A DNA stretch of 64,000 nucleotides from Candidatus Cloacimonas sp. (GCA_035403355.1 DAONFA010000001.1:30133-94132); one strand, 5' to 3'; positions 46,902-58,126 are shown, counted from the first letter of the stretch. Numbers and translations: made by a program. The notes: a model not told the origin generated them from the letters alone.

Positions 46902-47093
46902 TTATTTAATTTGACCCCTTTCTTTCTGTAATGCTTTTCTTTCTTTTATAATGTCTTCCATCTTCAACATAGATTTTTTCATTTTTTCCACCTCTGATTT
47001 AACTATGGGTTCTTTCATAATTTTTTTGGCGATTCTTTTGTCAATCCCAAGAGCTTTAAATACTATGTTAAATATTGAATACGCTATACTCAT
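46902..47093 (-). CDS. Small protein (63 aa) with an amphipathic/hydrophobic N-terminus and a Lys/Glu-rich coiled-coil
   Basis: The RBS GGAGG lies 5 nt before the ATG at 47093. The sequence reads MSIAYSIFNIVFKALGI..KSEVEKMKKSMLKMEDIIKERKALQKERGQIK. It lies 55 nt upstream of the repeat-protein gene. Confidence 0.5.
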   Translation of the reverse strand: MSIAYSIFNIVFKALGIDKRIAKKIMKEPIVKSEVEKMKKSMLKMEDIIKERKALQKERGQIK

Positions 47094-47210
47094 TGTTCCT
47101 CCATGAGTAAACTCTATAGAGATTCTCAATAATAAACATTAACTACTATGGCTGATTTCTGTCAATAAAAAAATTCCTAACTTTGGGAGTATGACAAAAA
47201 AATGTAACCG

Positions 47211-47278
47211 CTCACAAATATCACAGATTACACAAATAAAAATAATTGTTTCCCGCAGATTACACAGATTTCGCAGCC
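47211..47278. repeat. Degenerate copies of the CACAGATTA/CGCAGATTA 9-mer family
   Basis: CTCACAAATATCACAGATTACACAAATA ... CCGCAGATTACACAGATTTCGCAGCC. Confidence 0.8.
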
Positions 47279-47523
47279 AGAAATAAGGATTCCGAATTTG
47301 TTCTTAGTTCTTCGCTAATTATAAAAAATAACGAGCAAAAAACAAATCAATTTAATCCAGTCAATTCAGTTATCTTTGTTCTCTTATTCAGTCACCGAAA
47401 AAAAACTTTGCATTCCCGCACTACGAACTAAGAACTATAAAATCACCCTCTCATCCTTAACAATTTCTCTTGCCAAAAAAACAGAGCCGTAATAAAAGGC
47501 AAAAAAATAAAAGGGAGAGAGAA

Positions 47524-48465
47524 ATGACCTATTTATATGTAGTAATCGTGTTTGCGATTCTAATCCTGGCTTTTATTTCCAGGGGGATGATTATTGTGCG
47601 TCAGGCAAGCGTGGTAATTGTTGAACGCTTGGGTAGGTATTATCGGACTTTGGAATCCGGAATTCATATCATTATTCCGATATTTGATAAAACCCGTCCG
47701 ATTCATTGGCGTTATAACAAAACTGATTATCGCGGGAATGTAGTAGTTGTTAATAAAGTGGAAGATAGAATTGATTTAAGGGAAAATGTGTATGATTTTC
47801 CGCGGCAGAATGTTATTACCAGCGATAATGTTTCCATTAATATCAATGCCTTACTCTATTTTCAGATTACAGACCCCTATAAAGCTGTCTATGAAATCGG
47901 CAATTTACCTGAGGCAATTGAAAAACTAACTCAGACCTCCTTGAGAAATGTAATTGGTGAATTGACATTGCAGGATACTTTAACCTCTCGCGATGCTATC
48001 AATGCCAAATTGCGCGATATTTTAGATGAAGCAACTGATAAATGGGGCGTGAAAGTTAACCGCGTAGAAATGCAGGAAATTGTGCCTCCCGAAGAAATTA
48101 GAACGGCTATGGAAAAAGAAATGCGCGCTGAACGCGATAAAAGAGCCAAAATTTTACAGGCAGACGGGGAACGCGAATACCAGATAAGAGTTGCCAACGG
48201 AGAAAAGCAAGCCCGGATTTTACGGGCAGAAGGTGAAGCACAGGCAAAAATACTGGTTGCAGACAGCGAAAAGAAAGCAATATTACTAATTGCCGAAGCA
48301 GTGAAAGACACAAAAACAGACCCGGCTCAATTTCAAATTGCCCTTAGATATGTGGAAGCGTTTAAAGAGATTGTAAAACAGGGAGATAAAACAGTTGTTT
48401 TACCCTACGAATCATCTGCTCTTTTAGGTAGTGTGAAAACCCTGGGAGACATCTTCCAAAAATGA
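47524..48465 (+). CDS. SPFH/band-7 (stomatin/QmcA-like) membrane protein
   Basis: I place the start at the ATG at 47524 (RBS GGGAGAG). An N-terminal TM segment is followed by IVERLGRYYRTLESGIHIIIP..ITSDNVSININALLYFQITDP and a coiled-coil tail. The track's TTG start at 47470 is less likely. Confidence 0.85.
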   Translation: MTYLYVVIVFAILILAFISRGMIIVRQASVVIVERLGRYYRTLESGIHIIIPIFDKTRPIHWRYNKTDYRGNVVVVNKVEDRIDLRENVYDFPRQNVITSDNVSININALLYFQITDPYKAVYEIGNLPEAIEKLTQTSLRNVIGELTLQDTLTSRDAINAKLRDILDEATDKWGVKVNRVEMQEIVPPEEIRTAMEKEMRAERDKRAKILQADGEREYQIRVANGEKQARILRAEGEAQAKILVADSEKKAILLIAEAVKDTKTDPAQFQIALRYVEAFKEIVKQGDKTVVLPYESSALLGSVKTLGDIFQK

Positions 48466-48611
48466 TTTATCAGGAAAAGCTAACCAGCAGAAATAATTTT
48501 GGATAGCAGGAGTCGTCACTGCCCAAAAGGCAATCAATTTTATTCCATATCATTTGGTAGTGAGGACTCCTGCCACAAAATGGAGGAGAGGAGTAAACCT
48601 GCCGGGTAAGA

Positions 48612-51389
48612 TTAATATTTACATATTCTTTTGATCTGGAGAACCTTACCGTTAATACAAAGGCGGGCAAAATAAATGCCTGCGGCTACATTTTTACCTT
48701 TTGCATCACAGCCATTCCAATTATATTCTACAACTTCATTTTTTGCAGAATTGCCTCTGAAAGTAGTAACTTTTTGTCCTTTAAGGTTATAGATTTCAAT
48801 TTTATGCTTATTGGAACGGGGAACCTTCACTTGCAACAGCAAATTACTGTGCATAGGATTAGGATAAGCATTAAACATAGCTGTCTCAATTGCAGGAATA
48901 TAGGGATCATCAATAGCAACAGGCAGGGAAGCGACCCCGCGGTAGAGTTGATAATAATCCGGTTCTTCATTTTCTCCTTCCGTAAACAGCATAAAAGTTA
49001 CTTCCAAAGTGTTCTGCTGACGAGGTTGTAAACAAAGCTTACTTTGAGAGTGAATTTGAGGTTCCAGAAAATCCAGTTGCCAGGTCTCTACAGGAGTTAA
49101 TGTGCCGTCATTGTTTAACTTCCGAAGGTTAATTGTCCTATTGGATTCCAGAGTAGCAAGAAGAATATCTCCGTTTTCCAAAACAGCAACATCATTCATA
49201 GCCGAAAAGACAGGTAAAGATAGAGAATTGATAACAACATAGTTTTCATCGGTAAAAACATTTATTTTCAGTTCCCTGCTGCCGTTTGTTTCTTTTTCCT
49301 GATGAATCAGCAGAGCATTATCTGCCAGGATATGCAAGCCGGAAATATTGCCCTGGTCTTTCGTCAGCAAGGTTAAATTCTCAATTGAGGGTAAATCTCC
49401 TGTCCGGGCAGCAAGAACATCATTGGTAGCAAAATATGCTTTATCTCCTTTACGGACAAAACATTTACTGTGAATTGGTTTATATTGCGGGACACAATCA
49501 ACTTCTGCAAAACCATTTAAATTTTCTGTTGTGGACCAATCGCCTACTGAAATTCCCAGTTTCCAGGGATAAAAAACCGGGTGATTAGGGTCTTCAAAAC
49601 CCCAGCCGAAACGATTATCTGCGTGCTGAATCTTTTTATAACCAATACTTGGTCCTAATACACCTGGATAATCTTGGGCGCCTAAATAAATACCTGTTGG
49701 AGAATCAGTATAAGAAACAGAAGAATTTCCTCCGCAAAAGTCATTATCGGGATTCCATAAACCACCTGAAGGAATTTCATAATCATATAAAGCCCTGTGT
49801 AAAAACCCATAACGGATTTGATTGATGGCACCCCAAACTTGAATAGTACCCCTTTCCAAATAAGGATGAGCTTCTGGCCAAAGGGGATTATACCAGGGTA
49901 AATCTAATAGAGGAAGCCAGGGATTTGCAGAGGTCTGAGGATAATAATAGCGATGTAAATCAATCCAGGTATAAAGAGAATCCCCAATTAACACATCGGG
50001 CATTGAGGGATGCGGATGCTGATATTCAAAACTGAAAACACCTTCCTTCAGGGGATTATCCGGTTCTTCTGCTAAAGCATAAATATCGGCGTAATAATTA
50101 CCGGGATTAGCATCAGGAAAGCAATTGGGATGAATTCGTTCATTCGTTACAGGATCAACATAACCGTATTTGAGGAGAACACATTTTTCTGAAACAAGCT
50201 TAACGGAATCGTTAGGATTATTTTCAGGTGATTCTCCCGGAACTGTTCCACTTAATAAAATCTCACCAATAATCATTATTGTATCTGTAGCACACCAAAC
50301 TTGATGACCGCTGAAAGTTCCTTTGATCCAAAGTTTGGAATTTACAAAAAACCCCCTGTTATTACAATGCCCAAAGGTAGCATTTGGAATCCAGATAGTA
50401 TCACAAATCGTAAAATGATTAGTAAACAATGGTGGTTCTTCAATACCTACGGGATAATTTGTCCAGACATCTGTAAAGGTGCGATGTGGAAGTGTAATTT
50501 GTCCTACATAAGCAATGCAGTTATCTCCCTGGACATCTACCAGTAAAATACGATTGGGATCATAATCAGCAGGACCTACCCATAGATAATTCTCCCTGGC
50601 AAACGAGAAATTGGAAAACTCCAAAGGAGGGGCATTTTCTATTAAACCCCCTTGAAATACAGAATCTAAAGGAAATGCTGTTGGAACACTGTTAACATTA
50701 CCTGAAATAATCACCGGCTCGTGGAAAGTTGGCCAACCATTATTTGTTCCTCCACCTGCTTGTTTGATATTTATATCTGAATTACAACGAACGACACCCT
50801 GAACATCTGCAAATCCGTAAAAATAGGTATTAGTTTGATTCGGACTTAAGAAATCTTTGTAATAAATATGCACTGGTTTAAAGTGTTCCGGCTCCTCCGG
50901 CTGCAAATACTGTTCCTGATCCCATTGCGGATAGGGAACTTTTAAGGCAAACTGTCTCAAAAGTCCGTTATATTTCTCTATATAAGGACTGCTTTCAAAA
51001 GTATTCCAGTTTTGGGAAATACTCCAGGAATTGCCCGAATTAGAACTTTGAGCATATTGGCTGATATGCTCTTCGTGATTATTCCAGCTGACAATTATTT
51101 CTTCCGGACTGTAAAATAAAGTCGGTTCCGTATAGTGAAACAAAGAACTATCTACAATACTGCTTTGCCAGGTTTGACCTCCATCATAACTGATTTGGAA
51201 AAGAAGATGATAATACAAATTGTTATTTTCCGACCGCCGGGCTAATACATAAGCCAAGGTATCGCTTTTTGCATAACAACCAAGCTTACCGGCAAAAAAA
51301 CTATCGCCCATACTATTTACCGGACCAAGCTCTGCCAAAAGAAAAGCAACACTAAGCGCTATCAGAATGAATAAACAATACTTTTTCAT
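48612..51389 (-). CDS. Secreted BNR/Asp-box-containing protein with a T9SS C-terminal sorting domain
   Basis: The ATG at 51389 is preceded by AGGAGG, and the signal peptide is MKKYCLFILIALSVAFLLA. Asp-boxes are present (SYDGGQTW, SSNSGNSW). The C-terminus (AYPNPMHSNLLLQV..IEIYNLKGQKV..AGIYFARL) fits the T9SS CTD pattern. Confidence 0.8.
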   Translation of the reverse strand: MKKYCLFILIALSVAFLLAELGPVNSMGDSFFAGKLGCYAKSDTLAYVLARRSENNNLYYHLLFQISYDGGQTWQSSIVDSSLFHYTEPTLFYSPEEIIVSWNNHEEHISQYAQSSNSGNSWSISQNWNTFESSPYIEKYNGLLRQFALKVPYPQWDQEQYLQPEEPEHFKPVHIYYKDFLSPNQTNTYFYGFADVQGVVRCNSDINIKQAGGGTNNGWPTFHEPVIISGNVNSVPTAFPLDSVFQGGLIENAPPLEFSNFSFARENYLWVGPADYDPNRILLVDVQGDNCIAYVGQITLPHRTFTDVWTNYPVGIEEPPLFTNHFTICDTIWIPNATFGHCNNRGFFVNSKLWIKGTFSGHQVWCATDTIMIIGEILLSGTVPGESPENNPNDSVKLVSEKCVLLKYGYVDPVTNERIHPNCFPDANPGNYYADIYALAEEPDNPLKEGVFSFEYQHPHPSMPDVLIGDSLYTWIDLHRYYYPQTSANPWLPLLDLPWYNPLWPEAHPYLERGTIQVWGAINQIRYGFLHRALYDYEIPSGGLWNPDNDFCGGNSSVSYTDSPTGIYLGAQDYPGVLGPSIGYKKIQHADNRFGWGFEDPNHPVFYPWKLGISVGDWSTTENLNGFAEVDCVPQYKPIHSKCFVRKGDKAYFATNDVLAARTGDLPSIENLTLLTKDQGNISGLHILADNALLIHQEKETNGSRELKINVFTDENYVVINSLSLPVFSAMNDVAVLENGDILLATLESNRTINLRKLNNDGTLTPVETWQLDFLEPQIHSQSKLCLQPRQQNTLEVTFMLFTEGENEEPDYYQLYRGVASLPVAIDDPYIPAIETAMFNAYPNPMHSNLLLQVKVPRSNKHKIEIYNLKGQKVTTFRGNSAKNEVVEYNWNGCDAKGKNVAAGIYFARLCINGKVLQIKRICKY

Positions 51390-51539
51390 TGTATCCTCCT
51401 GATACATATAATCTTTATTTTTAAGGAAGCACTATTTATTCCAGAAGCAGCATATATTTATCTGTTAAATAAATAGATACATCAATTATTGCAGGTGTTC
51501 AGGGAAATTGAGAGTATAGCAGATAAGTTAGCTAAAAAA

Positions 51540-51563
51540 GAAGCCGCTGTTTAAAGCGGCTCC
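51540..51563 (-). terminator. Rho-independent terminator of eno
   Basis: On the minus strand: GGAGCCGCT-ttaaac-AGCGGCTTC followed by TTTTTT, 27 nt after the stop codon. Confidence 0.75.
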
Positions 51564-51589
51564 TGTTTATTAGATTGACGGGTTTACTA

Positions 51590-52873
<1,284 letters not shown>

Positions 52874-52888
52874 CTATTGGTTTTTTTC

Positions 52889-52917
52889 CTTATATAACGA
52901 ATGAGGTTTTTTGGCAA
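52889..52917 (-). promoter_or_regulatory. Sigma-70-like promoter of eno
   Basis: On the minus strand: TTGCCA, 17 nt, TATAAG. AGGAGG lies 5 nt before the ATG. Confidence 0.5.
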
Positions 52918-52957
52918 GGAAAATCTGAAAAGGCAGAACAAGGGATGATTTATTTCA

Positions 52958-53002
52958 CGCAGATTACGCAGATTACGCAGATTACGCAGATTACGCAGAT
53001 TT
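52958..53002. repeat. 5 tandem copies of the 9-bp unit CGCAGATTA
   Basis: Units start at 52958, 52967, 52976, 52985 and 52994. The array lies about 40 nt upstream of the putative eno -35. Confidence 0.95.
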
Positions 53003-53156
53003 TATTGATTTTTATCTATGCAGTTATTAATCGTAAGTGACAAAAGCCCTCAACTCTTCGCCCTCTGCTCTCTGCTTTTACCCTCTCAACTATTTTTCTA
53101 TATTTATGTTATTTACTCCGAGTTTTACTTTAACCACCTGTAAAATAATTACCTAC

Positions 53157-53230
53157 AGAGCTTGTGTGGAATAGAATATACACAAACCAGTTTGTGTTGC
53201 ATAAATTGCCAAATATGCAACACAAGCTCT
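53157..53230. other. Long interrupted hairpin (candidate structured RNA or regulatory element)
   Basis: AGAGCTTGTGT-[25 nt]-TGTGTTGCATA-aattgccaaa-TATGCAACACAAGCTCT. The right arm is a perfect 17-nt complement of the two left half-arms. Confidence 0.4.
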
Positions 53231-53410
53231 ATATCCTCTTTGTTTATAGATGGTTATAATTTTATTTCACAATGTTATAAAGAGCTCTGAACATAAACAA
53301 TCCTGGCATTCTTCCTCTGCTCTTTTGGATTTCTATAACGATTTTTTAGCTACGATGTTTATTGGGCGTTATACTTATTTTCGCTGCCGCTTCGCTACTA
53401 AATAAAAAAA

Positions 53411-53434
53411 GACCCTTCCGGTGAGGGAAAGGTC
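53411..53434 (-). terminator. Bidirectional rho-independent terminator after groEL
   Basis: GACCCTTCC-ggtga-GGGAAAGGTC is flanked by AAAAAAA (53404-53410) and TTTTT (53435-53439), 28 nt after the groEL stop. Confidence 0.7.
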
Positions 53435-53461
53435 TTTTTCTGTATATAAGTTATAATCGGA

Positions 53462-55132
<1,671 letters not shown>

Positions 55133-55159
55133 TTAGCAGTCAATACTTATGAGTGCTAA
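55133..55159 (-). promoter_or_regulatory. CIRCE operator (HrcA-binding inverted repeat)
   Basis: TTAGCAGTC-N9-GAGTGCTAA has one mismatch to the consensus TTAGCACTC-N9-GAGTGCTAA. It lies 43 nt upstream of the groEL ATG, and a TTGACA box sits at 55180-55185 on the minus strand. Confidence 0.85.
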
Positions 55160-55216
55160 TATTATTATAGCCGAAATTCTGTCAAGCGCAAATTAAATTT
55201 TTTGTCTTGATAGCAG

Positions 55217-56341
55217 TTATCCTATCCAATTCTCCAGAGTTTTCGGGCTGATTGTAAGAGTTTTGCTCACATTATAGCCTGCGCTGAATGTTTTAGAAAA
55301 AGTTACCTTGCGCCGGGGATTCCATTTCATTTCGTAAGCAGAAAAAGTATTGTTTTCTTCTTCAATATAATCAATTTCCTGTTTGGAAGTAGTTCTCCAG
55401 AAATAGGAATGCACATTCAAACCGTGATTCGCAAGATATTTTCGGCGTTCACTAACTGCAAAATTTTCCCATAATGCGCCTACATCAGTTCGGGAATTGA
55501 TTTCATTGAAATTACCCGTAATAGAATTAAGAATGCCATTATCCCAAAAATAGACCTTAATTCCCCGTTTAATCTCATTGCGTAAATTTCGTGATAGAGC
55601 AGGTAGGCGGTGAATAATAAATGCTTTCTCCATCAGGTCTATATATTTTTCTACGGTCTGATTATCTGCGCCGGCTAATTGAGCTATTTCATTATAGGAG
55701 ACCTCATTTCCTACTTGATAAGCCAATGCTCTGATAATTTTTTCCAAAATTGGAGGTTTCTTTATCTGTCCTAAAAGGAAAAGGTCTTTGAATAGATAAC
55801 TGTCAGCAAGTAATTTGAGTAAAGCTTTTTCTTCAGATGGTTTTGTAACTATCTCAGGGTAGTAACCATAAATCAAACGCTGCGGAATTAATCTGTTTTC
55901 TTCCAGTAATCCATTATGAACAGTCATTTCTTCGTAAGCCAAAGGGTAAAGCTGATATTGGTATATTCTTCCGGTTAAGGGCTCTTTAATTTTCCCTGCC
56001 AGGTCTAAGGCAGAAGAACCACTTGCAATTACTTGAATTTCAGGATAGTTATCTACCAAAAGCTTAATCGCTATACCAATATCATTTAAGCGCTGAGCTT
56101 CGTCTATAAAAACAATTCTTTTATTACCAATCAAAGATTTAAGCCGGGAAGAAGTTATGCCCGTAAATATATCTCTTACATCCGGTTCATCACCATTAAA
56201 AAAGTAATACTCATTTGCATAGTCCTGCAGAATGTAATTAATTAAAGTGGTTTTACCGCTTTGACGCGGACCTGTAATAATTATTGCTTTCCCTTTAAAG
56301 AAGTGCGCCTTAATCTGTTCAGTGATATATCTGGTTATCAT
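55217..56341 (-). CDS. AAA+ ATPase with a DUF4143-type C-terminal domain
   Basis: 374 aa. Walker A is GPRQSGKTT and Walker B is VFIDEAQ. The C-terminal part (WENFAVSERRKY..YFWRTTSKQEIDYIEE) is typical of AAA_14 + DUF4143 proteins. Confidence 0.8.
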   Translation of the reverse strand: MITRYITEQIKAHFFKGKAIIITGPRQSGKTTLINYILQDYANEYYFFNGDEPDVRDIFTGITSSRLKSLIGNKRIVFIDEAQRLNDIGIAIKLLVDNYPEIQVIASGSSALDLAGKIKEPLTGRIYQYQLYPLAYEEMTVHNGLLEENRLIPQRLIYGYYPEIVTKPSEEKALLKLLADSYLFKDLFLLGQIKKPPILEKIIRALAYQVGNEVSYNEIAQLAGADNQTVEKYIDLMEKAFIIHRLPALSRNLRNEIKRGIKVYFWDNGILNSITGNFNEINSRTDVGALWENFAVSERRKYLANHGLNVHSYFWRTTSKQEIDYIEEENNTFSAYEMKWNPRRKVTFSKTFSAGYNVSKTLTISPKTLENWIG

Positions 56342-56421
56342 ATTTACCTCTATGATGATAGATAAACAATAATCCTTTGTTTCCGGGTTGCCGTAAATCT
56401 GTCAAGTAAAAAATTGCTGAT

Positions 56422-56473
56422 ATTGCGATTCAAATCGCAGAATATTATAATATTTTGCGATTTGAATCGTAAT
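56422..56473. promoter_or_regulatory. 52-bp near-perfect inverted repeat (candidate operator or terminator)
   Basis: ATTGCGATTCAAATCGCAGAATATTAT / ATAATATTTTGCGATTTGAATCGTAAT has 2 mismatches between arms. Each arm contains an inner palindrome, GCGAT-n4-ATCGC. The element lies between the TPR gene stop and the ATPase gene start. Confidence 0.6.
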
Positions 56474-56536
56474 ATATAAGGGTAACTCAATCACCCAAAT
56501 TAAAGTAACGAAAAGGAATTTAGTTGTAAATTCGGC

Positions 56537-57175
56537 TTATTTTCCGGTTAGCTTCAGCAGTTCCTGATAGAGTTGATTGATATCCTCTTCGGCAATTACC
56601 TGATCGTATTCGCTATCTTCAAGTTCTTCGGTTAAATCAAAAGCTGTTTCCAGAGCAATCAGGGCATTCTTATAGTCCTTAAGTTCATAGAGGGTTTTAG
56701 CATACCAGAGGTAGGCATCGTAATGTTCTTTATTGGTTTCAATTGCCATTTCCAGGGATTTTTTAGCGGCATCATACTTTCCGCTTTTAAAGAGTGCTTC
56801 TCCTTTATGACGCCAGGGGCAGCTCCATTTTGGGGTTGCTTCGTTCAAAAGGTTATAAATACTTATGGCATCGGCATATTTATCCATTTCCAGATAAAGA
56901 TTTGCCAGGGCAAAGCGTTCGCCGGGTTTTAAATTATCTATATCCGCTTTTGCCAATTCCATTAACCTTAATGCCTCCAAATTGCAGATATAGGCAAGAT
57001 TCAGTTTTGCCTGCATTCCGCTATTTTCTTCTTTATCAAGTTGGAGGAGATAATTAACTGCCTGTTGATAGGTCTCCAAAGTTTGATTTTGCAAGTATAA
57101 AGTTACCGGTGATTCCTGTGCGAGACAGAAGATAAAAACAAGTAATCCCAGAGTTATCAAAGATAGCTTTTTCAT
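56537..57175 (-). CDS. Secreted TPR-repeat protein
   Basis: I place the start at MKKLSLITLGLLVFIFCLAQ (ATG at 57175, with RBS AAGGA). TPR-like repeats are present (YADAISIYNLL, AKKSLEMAIE, YKNALIALETAF). Confidence 0.75.
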   Translation of the reverse strand: MKKLSLITLGLLVFIFCLAQESPVTLYLQNQTLETYQQAVNYLLQLDKEENSGMQAKLNLAYICNLEALRLMELAKADIDNLKPGERFALANLYLEMDKYADAISIYNLLNEATPKWSCPWRHKGEALFKSGKYDAAKKSLEMAIETNKEHYDAYLWYAKTLYELKDYKNALIALETAFDLTEELEDSEYDQVIAEEDINQLYQELLKLTGK

Positions 57176-57189
57176 TTTCTTAATCCTTT

Positions 57190-57471
57190 TTATTCGTAGC
57201 GACAAAGATATGCCGTCTGTTCTTGCACTTTTACCTGGAATTTTTGCTGTGCAGCAACGGTGAATGTTTCGCCGGTAATAAAGTCCTGCCAGTTTTCCTT
57301 GCCTGGTAACTGGACAGTTAATTTTCCAGAAATAACGGTCATTCTTTCAATTGTATTAGTGCCAAATTCAAATTCTCCGAGGTCCATCACTCCTACAGTG
57401 AAATTGCCGTCCTCGTTTTGAAAAGCGATGGATTTAACCTTGTCGGCAAAATATTCGTTGGTTTTTAGCAT
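57190..57471 (-). CDS. ppnP: Pyrimidine/purine nucleoside phosphorylase PpnP (YaiE/UPF0345)
   Basis: 93 aa. MLKTNEYFADKVKSIAF..MTVISGKLTV..YLCRYE is collinear with E. coli YaiE as I recall it. Confidence 0.85.
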   Translation of the reverse strand: MLKTNEYFADKVKSIAFQNEDGNFTVGVMDLGEFEFGTNTIERMTVISGKLTVQLPGKENWQDFITGETFTVAAQQKFQVKVQEQTAYLCRYE

Positions 57472-57543
57472 CGTTATCTCCCTTTAGAATTCTTAATTAT
57501 AGGGCGTTATTCATTTTAGAATAAAACTTAACGGATAAAAAAA

Positions 57544-57618
57544 TGGCTCCGGAAGAGGGGTTCGAACCCCCGACCTAGTGGTTAACAGCCACCCGCTCTA
57601 CCGCTGAGCTATTCCGGA
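57544..57618 (-). tRNA. tRNA-Asn (anticodon GTT), with the CCA end encoded
   Basis: I folded the minus-strand sequence by hand into a cloverleaf. The acceptor stem is TCCGGAA/TTCCGGA and the D arm is GCTC-AGCGGTA-GAGC. The anticodon arm is GGTGG-CTGTTAA-CCACT and the T arm is GGGGG-TTCGAAC-CCCTC. The discriminator is G, followed by CCA, for 75 nt in total. Confidence 0.9.
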
Positions 57619-57682
57619 ACAATTTTCAAGGATACCTAATCTTTTCAGCCGTGATTTTTGTCAATCAGAATTTTTGTAAATG

Positions 57683-58064
57683 CGGAAAAACGACATCTTG
57701 TCGTTTGTTGTGGTTGATGAGGACATCAACCCTCCGGAAGAACGACATCTTGTCGTTCCACTTGCAACCGAGCTATTTCTTTATTACGCTTTTTTCAGTA
57801 ACGAGATGGAAAAACCTATCTGGTTGACCAGGAGGTCAACCCTCCGGAAGAAAGACATTATGTCGTTCATTTTGGTTGATGAGGACATCAACCCTCCGGA
57901 AGAACGACATTTTGTCGTTCCACTTGCAACCGAGCAATTTCTTTATTACGCTTTTTTCAGTAACGAGAAGAGCATCCTGCCTTGGTTGATGAGGACATCA
58001 ACCCTCCGGAAGAAAGACATTTTGTCGTTCATTATGGTTGACCAGGAGGTCAACCCTCCGGAAG
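57683..58064. repeat. Higher-order array of A and B hairpins: a 162-bp unit x about 2.2, with 5 A copies and 5 B copies
   Basis: TGGTTGA(TGAGGACA/CCAGGAGG)TCAACCCTCCGGAAG starts at 57711, 57821, 57873, 57983 and 58035. Each is followed by A(A/C)GACAT(n)TGTCGTTC. A conserved 46-nt spacer occurs at 57760 and 57922. Confidence 0.95.
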
Positions 58065-58126
58065 AATAACATTCTCCTACTCTGCGGAAAAAGAGTTCTC
58101 CGGTTACTATTTAATACTTTCTTGTT

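Noticed and set aside
47246-47431. 61-aa ORF in the gap upstream of the SPFH gene (also 48470..48670 and 22292..22474)
   Set aside because: They have no RBS, are low-complexity and AT-rich, and lie in intergenic or antisense positions. There is no supporting motif.
57683-58064. Possible CRISPR array (also considered for 39911-40185)
   Set aside because: The sequences between the repeats are themselves conserved between units, so there are no unique spacers. Unit lengths and nested palindromes do not fit CRISPR, and no cas genes are in the window.
57680-58069. 129-aa ORF across the hairpin array
   Set aside because: The reading frame is created by the 162-bp repeat of A/B hairpins. The peptide repeats itself exactly as the DNA does, and there are no coding features.
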